A DNA stretch of 64,000 nucleotides. Source: Candidatus Spongiisociaceae bacterium (GTDB lineage Bacteria; Actinomycetota; Acidimicrobiia; Spongiisociales; Spongiisociaceae). Positions 10,929-20,945 of this stretch are shown in pieces (within the stretch, counting starts at the first letter, position 1; each line of letters begins with the position of its first letter). Both the position numbers and the translations under genes were made by a program. Where the stretch lies: assembly GCA_965262915.1 (NCBI GenBank), contig OZ253564.1, positions 672,001 to 736,000 on the forward strand, written 5' to 3'. The notes beneath the pieces were generated by a model that worked only from the letters and a program-made list of their open reading frames with translations, was not told the DNA's origin and searched no databases.

Positions 10929-12104
10929 TCAGAGGCCGGAGGCGCTCTCGTTGAGACGCCGGGCCAGTGCGGGGATGTCCCCGTCCTCGAGGTTGGCGAA
11001 GGCCAGCCGCAGGTAGCGGTCCTGGTCGGCCCCGAACATCTCCCCGGCCAGCGCCAGCACCGCGTGCTCGTCGAACAGCCGGCGGGCCACCCGGAGGCCG
11101 GGCACTCCCTCGAACGGGTGGCGCACGTAGGCGAAGTAGGCCCCCGCTGATACCACCTCGTAGGAGCTGCCCTGCATCGACTCGCCGAACTGCTGTACCC
11201 GGCGGTTCATGGTCGTCCGGTTGGCGGCCACCCAGCCGTCGAGGTGCCCGAGCCCGTACAGGGCGGCCTCCTGCCCTATCCGGCTGGGGCAGATGGTGAG
11301 GCAGTCGGCCACCTTGTCCACCTCGAGGAGCAGCTCTGGGGAGGCGGCCATGGCCCCCACCCGGTAGCCGGGGATGGAGTAGACCTTGGAGAAGCTCTGG
11401 ATCTGGATCACCGACCGGTCCCAGCGGGGATCCCGGAACAGGTCGTGGGCCGGGGCGGTGGTGTCCCGGAAGTCACGGTAGGTCTCGTCGACGATCAGGT
11501 GGATGCCTGCCTCGGCGGCCAGCCGGGCGAAGGCCGAGATGAGCTCCGGGGGATACACCCGGCCGGTCGGGTTGTTGGGGGTCACCAGCACGATCGCCCT
11601 GGTGCGAGCGTCCAGCAACGCCGCGGCGTCCTCCACCGACGGGAGCATCCCCGCCGAACACTCCAGGTAGGCGGCCTGTATCCCGAACATGGAGAGCCAC
11701 ATGTCGTAGTTGAAGTAGTAGGGGACCGGCATGATGACCTCGTCGCCCGGTTCGCACAGCACCGACACCGCGAGGCAGAAGGCCTGGTTGGCGCCCGCGG
11801 TGACCGCCACTTGCTCGTGGCGTATTTCGGCCCGGTAGGCGGCCGAGAGCTCGGCGGCCAGGGCCGACCGGAGGGGCATCTCGCCCAGCACCGGCCCGTA
11901 GCGGGACACGGTGGCCTGGTCCAGGCGCGACACATGGTCGATCAGACCCCGCTCCGGGGGGTAGCCGGGAGCGGCCTGGGCCACGTCCACCAGCGGCAGG
12001 TCCTGACGCCGTCGCCCGGCCGCCACCCAGGAACGCACCTCGCTGATCGGCGAACTGACCGTTGCCAGGATCCGGTGGTTGAACCTCGGAGACACCCCGC
12101 CCAT
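10929..12104 (-). CDS. PLP-dependent aminotransferase class I/II
   Basis: VTPNNPTG, VDETY, SFSKVYSIPGYRVG. Confidence 0.92.
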   Translation of the reverse strand: MGGVSPRFNHRILATVSSPISEVRSWVAAGRRRQDLPLVDVAQAAPGYPPERGLIDHVSRLDQATVSRYGPVLGEMPLRSALAAELSAAYRAEIRHEQVAVTAGANQAFCLAVSVLCEPGDEVIMPVPYYFNYDMWLSMFGIQAAYLECSAGMLPSVEDAAALLDARTRAIVLVTPNNPTGRVYPPELISAFARLAAEAGIHLIVDETYRDFRDTTAPAHDLFRDPRWDRSVIQIQSFSKVYSIPGYRVGAMAASPELLLEVDKVADCLTICPSRIGQEAALYGLGHLDGWVAANRTTMNRRVQQFGESMQGSSYEVVSAGAYFAYVRHPFEGVPGLRVARRLFDEHAVLALAGEMFGADQDRYLRLAFANLEDGDIPALARRLNESASGL

Positions 12105-12561
12105 CCGTGAACCCCCGTCCATTGTGAGATCCCCCCTGTTCAGATCCCCACCAGCAGGAACTATATAGGCAATCGACGGCCTGCTGCCCGGCTCAGGCCT
12201 TCACAGGGTTCCGAGGTCCGGGTTCCGGCGGCCCTCGGAGCGATCAACTGGTTCGGTCCCTGGGTCTCGGTGTATTACTTAACAGCATCAGAATCGCCTG
12301 CCGCCGCCGCCGGCGGGGTTTTGGCTGATGAGGCGCCAAGTCTGGCGGAAAGTTCAGATGCTCACCCGTCATCGGAAGCTGCGAACAGGGGTAGCACCGG
12401 TTGTGGCGGCGCTCTGGCTATCGATACTCAACGAGCTGTTCGCCGCACCGACCGTATAGCCGGGGCGTGGCCGGACGCACAAGGCGTCGCGCACGCCACA
12501 CGGGGTGTACCCCCAGGCGTTGTAGGTGGCGCCGAGGTCCAAGCCCAACAGTTCCCCTAAG

Positions 12562-14341
12562 CCTGAATCCACCGACGGCCTCCCCGGGGGGTGGTCCGGG
12601 TGCGGTTGGTGGGGGGTTGAGGGGTTGGAGCTGGTTGGTGTCGGGAACTTTTGGGGGTGTGGTGCGTGTGGTTTGGTGGGTTAGATCATGTTGGAGGCTG
12701 GTTGGGGTTGTTTCTGGCGTGTGTGGCTGGGGTTTGGGTGGTTGGTTATGGTTGTGGGGGGTGTGTGGGGCCGGGTTAGCAGAGTTGGGGCAGCGCCCGG
12801 AGGTTAGTGAGGGTGGTTAGGTAGGTGCCGGCCCAGGGCCATCGGGCGGGTAGACGCACGAGGCGGCGTCCGCTGTGGTTGACGACCCGTCCAGGGAGCC
12901 CGAACAGTCGGGTACGGATTGTGCGTCCACAGACCAACCGCCCAGCCCGATGCGTTCCGCCGAGGAGGCCTATATGGCGGTAGAGGTTATGGGCCAGAGC
13001 GGCGCACAGCAGCCAGGCGGCGTTAGCTGCGAAGACGCCGGAGGGTAGGTGGGCGAGACCCCCGGAGTCTTTGAGGTCGCGGATGGCGAGTTCGCATGTG
13101 GCGTGGCGGCGGTGGTACCGGTCGGCTTCGACCACGGCCGTCCCGTTGTTGTCCTTCCGCGGGTTGTCACCGATCTCTGTAGCTGGCAGTTCGGCCACTT
13201 CGGTGTCTTGTCCGGCCCGGGGTTGGTGGTGCTGGTCGGCTTCTGCCGTGGCTAGGTCCAGGTTGGTGACGAAGGTGTGGTGACGCCAGTCGGGGAACAA
13301 CTCGGCTTGGGAACCGAGCAGGCGGGTGCGGCGCACCACGAGACGAACCCTGCGTTTCTGCGACCGTTTCCGGGGGTTGGTCATCTCCAGGACGGTTTCC
13401 GCGACCTGTGCCTGGCCGCCTTCGGGATAGGCGATGGGGACCCACGCGTCTTTGTCGATATTGTTGATCAGTGTCCTGACCTTGTCGTTCACCTGGCAGG
13501 TGATCGACCAGCCCACCCCGAGTTTGTCGAGGGCGGCCAACATGGCATAGGACCAGAACCCTGAATCGGCCCGCACGCTCACCGGGCCCCTGGCCCCGGC
13601 CCGTCGCACACGCCGGATCGTCTCCCCGACGAAATGGACCACACCCCTCTGCGATGCTCCTGCACGCAGACGGGCACCGACCACCTCCCCCGTATCGGCT
13701 CGGAACGCCAACAGAGGGTGATAACCCAACTCTTTGGTGTAGCCGTAAGCGGCCCCTTGTTTGGTCTTGCCCGACACCGCACAGATCGTCGAGTCCACAT
13801 CAACGGTCACCGCACCATTGGAGGGACCGGCACCCGCCCGCCACGCCCGGCCCAGCGCCGAGGTCAACACCTTCTCCAACTGGCGTACATGACCCCAGGT
13901 GAACGAACGCAGGAAGGTTCCCACCGTGGACGGGGCCATCACCGCATGGGGCAACACCCGGTCGGTGGAACCCGCCCGGAGCCGACCCACATGGTCAATA
14001 TGGGAGCCGCCCACCAGCATCGCAGCTACCACCGTGCACACCTTACGACCCGGATTCGCTCCACCCACCCGGCCACCCAGGCACACCGTCCGATCCACCA
14101 AATCTTCCAAACCCAGCCGGTCCATCAACGTCCCGGCTACCAGCAGCCCCGCGTCGGCCACCAACCCCTCATCGTCGAAAACCACCTCATACCGGTCGAT
14201 ATTCTGCAATACTTCACTCACAGGAAGTGCCTCCTGACTCCGGGCCAATAACCTTGTTTCGTATCGCTATTGTCCCAGATCAGAGGCACTTTCCGCGTCT
14301 ATCCACCCCCAACCACAGGATATCTACCAGGTGGATTCAGG
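12562..14341 (-). mobile_element. IS1380-family element, copy 1 (transposase 12776-14248)
   Basis: IRs CCTGAATCCACC/GGTGGATTCAGG; CTAAG duplication; DVDSTI, GYHPL, RADSGF motifs. Confidence 0.92.
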
Positions 14342-14739
14342 CTAAGTGGGGTCTTCGCGACCACCCCTGACCAGGGGTAATGGTAGGGGTCCCACGAGCC
14401 TGTCACCTCCTCAACCGGAATCTGTCACCTTGTATCACCAACTGCGAATCGAACGGCTTAGCCGGGCGTGGCCCTCGTCGCTCACTTGGATTCCCCCACC
14501 CGCCGGACACCAACTCGGTCGTCTCCAGCCGACATCCAGGCTCGTAACAGATTAGGGACCATGTGGAACCGGTCCAGGACATGGCGGGTGTCGGGCAGAT
14601 ACTGCGCGATAGCGGCCTGATAGGAACGTGACCCGTCCGACACGACTATCTCCACCCGCTGGCACCAGCGTTGCCCGTGTTCGCGTAAGAACCTGCTCAG
14701 AGACGTGTTGGTGGGGCCTGGGCACTATCCTCACATGCC

Positions 14740-15138
14740 ATGCCTGTGAAAGTTGTCGGTGTAGGAACGTTGGACGGCTACCGCATCTGGGTCCGCTTCG
14801 ACGACGGAACATCCGGCGACATCGACCTAGCGCATCTGGCTGAAATGCCCATGCACAAACCGTGGCATGACCCAGCCGTGTTCGCGACGGTCCGGGTCGG
14901 CCCATACGGGCACTCTGTGATCTGGTACACGCCGCCGGTCGATGTTGATCTGGTCGCCCACTGGCTGTACACCGAAATAACAGGCGTGACGATGCCGGAG
15001 TTGATGGAACGGCAGGGCATCAAACCGCCGGGTCGTTTCACGCACTGGCAGATCAAACAGTGGGAAAGGTGGTGGCGTCTCCTACGGCACCTACGCCGTG
15101 GAAGACGCCAGCCACGCTCAGCAGGTGACCATGGTTGA
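14740..15138 (+). CDS. DUF2442-like protein
   Basis: GYRIWVRFDDGTSGDIDL...DPAVFATV...SVIW...VDL. Confidence 0.8.
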   Translation: MPVKVVGVGTLDGYRIWVRFDDGTSGDIDLAHLAEMPMHKPWHDPAVFATVRVGPYGHSVIWYTPPVDVDLVAHWLYTEITGVTMPELMERQGIKPPGRFTHWQIKQWERWWRLLRHLRRGRRQPRSAGDHG

Positions 15139-15385
15139 GCTAGACCGCTTGCGCGACGGGGACATCCGAATATGTATGTTCGTGGACCACCCCCCGCCGC
15201 ACATACACGCATACCAAGCGGAGCACGAGCTGGAGGTAGACATCAAAACCTTCTCCACCAAAGGGAGAATGCCTAAGACGCGAGCAGCGCGAGTGGTCAG
15301 CTATGTAAGAGAGGATCAGCAGGCTCTTCTAGATGCCTGGGACTCGCTCGCTCGGGGAGTCACCCCATCTCGACTGGACCGCTGA
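15131..15385 (+). CDS. DUF4160-like putative toxin
   Basis: IRICMFVDHPPPHIHAY...GRMP...LLDAW. Confidence 0.8.
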   Translation: MVELDRLRDGDIRICMFVDHPPPHIHAYQAEHELEVDIKTFSTKGRMPKTRAARVVSYVREDQQALLDAWDSLARGVTPSRLDR

Positions 15386-15741
15386 ACCTGCCACCACCAC
15401 CCCGCAACCACCGCCACACACCAGCCAATTCCACCCCGAACACCCCGAAATAGGCCAGAATCCCCACCAACATCCCTAACCCGCGAACTCAACACCCCAC
15501 AACACGCGAAGACCCCGTTGTGGGATGTTCGCCACCATCCCTGACCTGCGGTGATACGACCATGCCCACGGGGACTTCCACATTAACAGTGGGGGGACTT
15601 CCACATTCGGCAGCCAGCCTCCACCCTCCGCCCGCGGGTCGTTCCCGCGTCCGGTGGTGTAGTCTGCGTGATAGGCGACCCGTCCGGCGAGACTAGTGTG
15701 CCTGTCCCTTCGGTACGCCGATTGGAAGGGAGGAGAGAGCG

Positions 15742-16123
15742 CATGGTCGCAGCAACTACATCAAACCCCGACGTAGACGTGTACACCGACCGGGACGGCC
15801 GGCGTTACGTAGTCGACGGTCGCCTACCCCCCGGCGACATGAAGTACGTGACCCGTGTCAAGCCCCTCCGGGGGCTTCGCTTATGGGTCGAGTTCCGTGA
15901 CGGAACCAGCGGCGTCGCCGACCTGTCGGAAATATCGGCCGCGTCGCACCTCGCGGCGGCCCTGTGGTCGGACCGGGAATACTTCGAGACGGTTCATGCA
16001 CTCGACGGCGGCGGCGTCTCCTGGGAAGACGAACGCTACGACATGAGCCCTCTCGTGCTTTACATGCTGGTCACCGGCAAACCTTTAGACGAAGTATGCC
16101 CACAGGTCAGATACCTCGACTGA
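15742..16123 (+). CDS. DUF2442-like protein
   Basis: VKPLRGLRLWVEFRDGTSGVADL...YFETV...VSW...DMSP..LY. Confidence 0.8.
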
Positions 16124-16124
16124 C

Positions 16125-16400
16125 ATGCCCAGGCTGTCCACGTTCTATGGCATCGCCATCTACATGTATTACAGCGAACCCCATCTGCAGCCCCACTTCC
16201 AAGCCGTCCACGCCGGTAAGGAGATAACTGTAAGAGTCGCGGATATGAACCTTCTTGCCGGCGGCGTAGGGGCCATTTCGACACGACTGCATGGAAACGG
16301 GTACAGAAGTGGGGATGGCTACACCAAGCGGAGCTGTTTGACCGTTGGGAGACTAGGAGCCGGGGAGGGGAGCTCCCCCCGATAGCTCCCCTCCGGTAAG
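16125..16400 (+). pseudogene. DUF4160-like protein, 3' frameshift
   Basis: MPRLSTFYGIAIYMYYSEPHLQPHFQA. Confidence 0.75.
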
Positions 16401-16841
16401 AACCGCTCGTGATGCCATTCACCTGCCTCCTGCTCCGGGCCGTTTCACCACAACCACCCCGAACACCGCCACAACCGGCTCTAAGACCCCCGAAACCACC
16501 CAAAACCCCGACCGAACCCCCTAACCCGCGAACTCAACACCCCACAACACGCGAAGACCCCCTGGTGGGGTCTTCGCGACCACCCCTGACCAGGACCTTA
16601 GCCAACAGCCAGGGGAGGACGTCACCTGCAGGGACACGACTACGTCACCTCACCTCAGTGGCTGAGAAGGCGGCGAGGCTAGCCCGGTACGGCTAGTTTG
16701 CTGATCGTCAGCGGCGCCAGTTGGCATCAATTGCCAGATGGGCATGGAGCGGCGGCGGAAGCGTCACGGCTGCCGCTGAGCAAGGGAGTTAGAAGTGATC
16801 GAAGTAGGTGACCCGAGGTCAGATGGCGACCTTCCTGCACC

Positions 16842-17114
16842 GTGCGGGCGTTCAGTGACATGAAGGAGCATTATCACTGTGTCCACACCTTCGGCAAGGA
16901 CAAGGTTGTCGGTGCACGTTGCTGGAGCAAGCATGGCCGTCCCGACCTAGCCCTGCGGCATCGCCGCAACAAGGAGGAGTTTCGTGAGATGTTGGTCAGG
17001 TGGGGGACCGTGCGATGCGAAGGCAATTGCTCTGACTTCACGCGGTGGAAGGAGATACCGGCGTGGAGGGTCATATGGCTGGAAGCTCCTCGTCCAGTGG
17101 ACGGTGGGCAATGA
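16842..17114 (+). CDS. hypothetical protein
   Basis: 90-aa ORF in cargo orientation; no motif recognised. Confidence 0.35.
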   Translation: MRAFSDMKEHYHCVHTFGKDKVVGARCWSKHGRPDLALRHRRNKEEFREMLVRWGTVRCEGNCSDFTRWKEIPAWRVIWLEAPRPVDGGQ

Positions 17115-17262
17115 AGCGGCTACTCGCCACGGCCGGAGTGGTGTGAGTGCTGGTGGGTTCTGCTCCCCCGGTAGGGGGCGGGCGGCCCTAGAGCGATCCG
17201 TTAGACAGACTGTTGACGTGTCAGTCCCGCTACTGAGGGAACGTGGGAACAGCGTGGTTGCC

Positions 17263-18614
17263 GAGGCTGCGCGAAAACGTGGGTTTTGGCTGTGCTGGCG
17301 CTCGGTGTGGGGTCATGTTACGAGGATTCCTCGGGCGGCGTAATTGTCGTAGTTGGTGAACCCGTGGGCGACGCGTCGTAGGACTTGTAGGAGGTTGTTG
17401 ATCCCTTCGATGGGTCCGTTGGATACCCGTCGTCGGGTGGTGTGGTAGGCCAAGATCTGTTCTCCCCATGCGATGATGGTGTCCACAACTTGGTGGTATT
17501 CGGGTATCTGTCCGGTGGCGTAGAGATCGGCGAACCGTCCTAGGGCCTGGTTGGCCCCGTCGAGGTCTTCGGCTTCGTAGAGCTGGTAGAGCTCTTGGAG
17601 CGCGTCCCACGCGGTTCGGAGACGGGGATGGGCGTCGAAGATCCGGTCGAGATGGCTCTGGTGGGCGTCTGTGAGATGATCGGCCCGCCGCAGCAGGGTG
17701 AAGCGGGCTCGGAACAGGTCAGGTTCGAACGTTGGGGGACGCTGATCGGGGTCGCGGCGCTGGAGCTCTCTTCGCACGAGGGTGAGGCCTTGGGTGAACC
17801 AGCGGGCGACGTGAAAGCGGTCCAACACATGGCGGGCACCGGGAAGGTATTGCGCGATGGCAGCTTGGTATGAGCGGGACCCATCGCTGACAACTATCTC
17901 CACCTGCCGGCACCACCAGACCCCTTGATCCCTGAAGAACCTGGACAGGGACCCTTTCGTGCGGCCTGGGATCATCGCTAAGATCTTGCCGCTCTCACCG
18001 CAGACGATCACGGTCACATACCGATGCCGGCGCCGTATCGACGTTTCGTCGACCAACAGCACACGACACGGACGGGCCCGGCGACGCTTCGCCACCACAG
18101 CCGCCTCCGCTCTCACCAGGCCCATGATCCGATGCCACCCCACTCCGTGGTGACGGGACGCTGCCCGAATCGACATCACCCTCGCATCTGCCACTAGGCG
18201 GCGGGCGAACCGGCGGGTAAGCCCACCGGCGAACTGGTCGTGGTCCTGGAGGTGGCGCTCCCCGCAGTTCGAACATTCGAATCGGCGACGCCTCCACACC
18301 AGCGTTGCACGGCGGCCGCTCACCCCAAGATCACGAACCCTCTTCGGTCTCCTGTCCCACACCCGAAAGCAGCGGAACCCGCAATGGCGGCACCTCGACC
18401 ACTCCCGGGTTGATTCCACCTCCACCTCGAGGCGGTCAACAGAATCGACCCCCACCCCCCTCACGCGAACACCCCACAGGTGCAAACGAACAGACATAAC
18501 ATCAGACATCGAGGCCTCCCTGGACCGGCGAGCTAGTACTTCACCGATTCCAGCGAGGCCTCACCCCCATTCCAAGGATTTCACCCCACCCAACCCACGT
18601 TTCCGCGCAGGGCC
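17263..18614 (-). mobile_element. ISL3-family element (transposase 17313-18509)
   Basis: 8-bp duplication TGGTTGCC (17255, 18615); zinc finger, VDETS, DRFHV, NGPIEGINN. Confidence 0.92.
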
Positions 18615-18642
18615 TGGTTGCCTCTACCCTGATCACAGAGCC

Positions 18643-19545
18643 TTGGAATCGTCGTGCATGAGTAGTACTAGTGATTCCACAAAGCTCGGCACGTTGCTAC
18701 GTGAATGGACTGATTCGGAGTTCTGTGGCGATCTGGACCGTGTATTGAGCTCGATTCCTCGCTTGCTGAATCTGCCGAGCTATAACTTCCGTCATGGCTT
18801 GTGCCCAGCCCTGCAGTCCTTGGATAGTCGTATAGCGGGGATCGGTTTGCACAATCTGGAGTGGCACGGCGGAATCCCTCGCATGCCGCTCGCGCCATCG
18901 TTCGAATCGATCAGTAGGCCCCTTGAGCATGTGGCATACAGTCTCAGCGTATCTGACTCACCGCGGCGGCTGATGTCATATCAGGTGGCAGCAGGCGCAG
19001 GAAGCCATCTTGAGCAATGTGTGAAGAGGGTCCCAGAGGCGCCTCAGCGAACGCCGTTAGGGGGACTCGTACAGCCGAGCCAAGGTCGAGTCATCAGCAT
19101 CCTTGGGGAGAGGCTCAGCCGTTCTATCCGTGAGTACGCCCGTTTCGCCAACATGCCAAAGCACGTATTGGCGGATGGACACAACGAGGAATCACCGATC
19201 AGCTTCATCGTGGCCGTCAGGTCGTACTTTGTGTCTCGTGCCCTCGGTGCCCGTGTTCTGGAGAAACTCGGAATCCTCGATGACCTCGCAGCTCAGACCC
19301 AGGACGCGGCCCGGTTTGGCCGATTTGACACGGATAGCGACACAGCGGATCCCGTAACTTACCTGCGGGATACGGGTCCGGCCGAAGCAGTAACTGTCCG
19401 ACCTATCGACGTTCGCGCCCTCCCCGACTTCGGAGACTGGTTGGAGAACCTTCGGTCACCCACACGAATAGCGGTTTTCGCAGCGATACAGCGACTGGCC
19501 GACGCCTACGGCGACGAGTTGGCTGGCCCACATGTTGTGCCTTGA
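18643..19545 (+). CDS. hypothetical protein
   Basis: 300-aa ORF with protein-like composition. Confidence 0.6.
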   Translation: MESSCMSSTSDSTKLGTLLREWTDSEFCGDLDRVLSSIPRLLNLPSYNFRHGLCPALQSLDSRIAGIGLHNLEWHGGIPRMPLAPSFESISRPLEHVAYSLSVSDSPRRLMSYQVAAGAGSHLEQCVKRVPEAPQRTPLGGLVQPSQGRVISILGERLSRSIREYARFANMPKHVLADGHNEESPISFIVAVRSYFVSRALGARVLEKLGILDDLAAQTQDAARFGRFDTDSDTADPVTYLRDTGPAEAVTVRPIDVRALPDFGDWLENLRSPTRIAVFAAIQRLADAYGDELAGPHVVP

Positions 19546-19563
19546 GGAAGAAGGGCGTTTCTC

Positions 19564-20088
19564 TTGAGGCCCGAAACGCCAGCCCATACGTTATCAGTCG
19601 TATTCTCCCAGCTATGGGGGGACCAGGCGGTCCTCCTGTTCGGCGTGAACGACTGGGACATGGAGAAGCGACCCCTGAAACATATGCGCATGGCTATGAG
19701 GCGACGCCGTCAGGCAGCACGCTCAAGGGGAAGGACGGTCACGTTGTCCGACCTGATCGGCCATCTCAACAAGGAGACGCAGATCGAGTTCGATGCGGCT
19801 ACGGCCTACGCAGCAGCAGTCTCTATCGGATACCAAGAGCGGCAGATAAGCCAGGCACGGAGGCTGATACAGGTTGACTTGGACTTCATAGACAAGATGC
19901 CGACGAACGTAACCGACTCAACGCCAGACGATGACAACCCGGCCTACTACCACAGAAGAGCCTTGGCCTCGCTCAGGCTAGGCCCCGACATGCTGGCAAA
20001 CCTCCCGTACGAAGAACGCGTCCCCTTGGTACCGGTGCACCAGCGTGTACCTCCAAAGGCATGGGAGACGTGGCTGCAACGCGACTGA
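19564..20088 (+). CDS. hypothetical protein
   Basis: 174-aa ORF ending just before the cassette right end. Confidence 0.55.
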   Translation: MRPETPAHTLSVVFSQLWGDQAVLLFGVNDWDMEKRPLKHMRMAMRRRRQAARSRGRTVTLSDLIGHLNKETQIEFDAATAYAAAVSIGYQERQISQARRLIQVDLDFIDKMPTNVTDSTPDDDNPAYYHRRALASLRLGPDMLANLPYEERVPLVPVHQRVPPKAWETWLQRD

Positions 20089-20433
20089 ATTAGGCGCTCG
20101 GACCAGATACGCAAAGTGATAATCGGGCAGCCTCACCAACCCAACGCCCGGGCCAGTCCACACCCACCCAGAACCGCCCCCTAGACCATCATCGGCGACC
20201 CACCACGCTGAACACACCCGAACACCCCTGAAACAGGCCAAAGATCCCGCCAACACCCCTAACCCGCGAACTCAACACCCCACAACACGCGAAGACCCCT
20301 AAGTAGGGGCTGGAGCCCATAGGGGTCTTGGCGACCGGCATCGTCCTGGCAGTCCTGACCTAACCCGTACTAGCGGCGAACGGTGGTCACGCGTCGGCAG
20401 GGTCGCTGGCCGTGTCGCCGTCCGGATGCAGCG

Positions 20434-20862
20434 CTAGCGGATCCTTCGTCGCCTGTGGTGCCCGGCTCTCCTGTGCCGTCCCCTCCCGCTGCCCACGAAC
20501 GCGTCGATCAGGAGCAGGAGTACGGCGATCAGGAGGACTCCCAGCATTATGGGTATCGCCGCCACCATCGAGATCGTCAGTCCGGCGACGGCCCACTCGC
20601 GGCCCTCCCCGCCGTCCCGGACGCTGCGGAGCCCCGCCCAGGATAGCGACGCCCCCACCAGGATCAGGATCACGCACCACGTCACCGGCTGCCCTGACGC
20701 CAGGAACCTCACCAGGTTCGACCAGGTCCACCCGTGGCTGAACCACCAGGCGGTCTGCAGCGTCGCGGCGGCCAAGGCGACGACGAAGCCCGCTACGGGT
20801 AGGGTGCCCGACCAACCGGGATGCGGTCGGTAGACCTCTAGATATTCTCGTGTAGTCATCAC
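20434..20862 (-). CDS. small integral membrane protein, copy B
   Basis: Near-identical to 2369-2800. Confidence 0.75.
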   Translation of the reverse strand: MMTTREYLEVYRPHPGWSGTLPVAGFVVALAAATLQTAWWFSHGWTWSNLVRFLASGQPVTWCVILILVGASLSWAGLRSVRDGGEGREWAVAGLTISMVAAIPIMLGVLLIAVLLLLIDAFVGSGRGRHRRAGHHRRRRIR

Positions 20863-20945
20863 ACACCTCCCCTGCGGGCGCGGTGTCCATATCTGTGTGA
20901 CTCCAAATGTATGGGGTGGGTGTGACAGATCGCCGTGGCATGGTC

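Larger units (their letters stand above)
14348..15516 (+). mobile_element. non-autonomous cargo cassette 1
   Basis: Left end GGGGTCTTCGCGACCACCCCTGACC; 43-bp right end at 15474-15516. Confidence 0.75.
15522..16561 (+). mobile_element. non-autonomous cargo cassette 2
   Basis: Degenerate left end GGGATGTTCGCCACCATCCCTGACC; 43-bp right end at 16519-16561. Confidence 0.75.
16567..20299 (+). mobile_element. non-autonomous cargo cassette 3 (contains an ISL3)
   Basis: Left end identical to cassette 1 over 28 bp; 43-bp right end at 20257-20299. Confidence 0.75.

Noticed and set aside
15474-20299. 43-bp repeats as a CRISPR array or attC sites
   Set aside because: The intervals are 1-3.7 kb of genes, there are no cas genes, and there are no RYYYAAC/GTTRRRY attC boxes or intI.
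14348-20299. Classical Tn3 transposon
   Set aside because: GGGG termini and a 5-bp duplication fit, but the IR is only 12 bp and there is no tnpA, tnpR or res site.
20322-20336. Fourth cassette left end (GGGGTCTTGGCGACC)
   Set aside because: It lies in a coding remnant homologous to 38890-38925 (IGVLATGIVLA), has no matching right end and lacks the 5-bp spacing.
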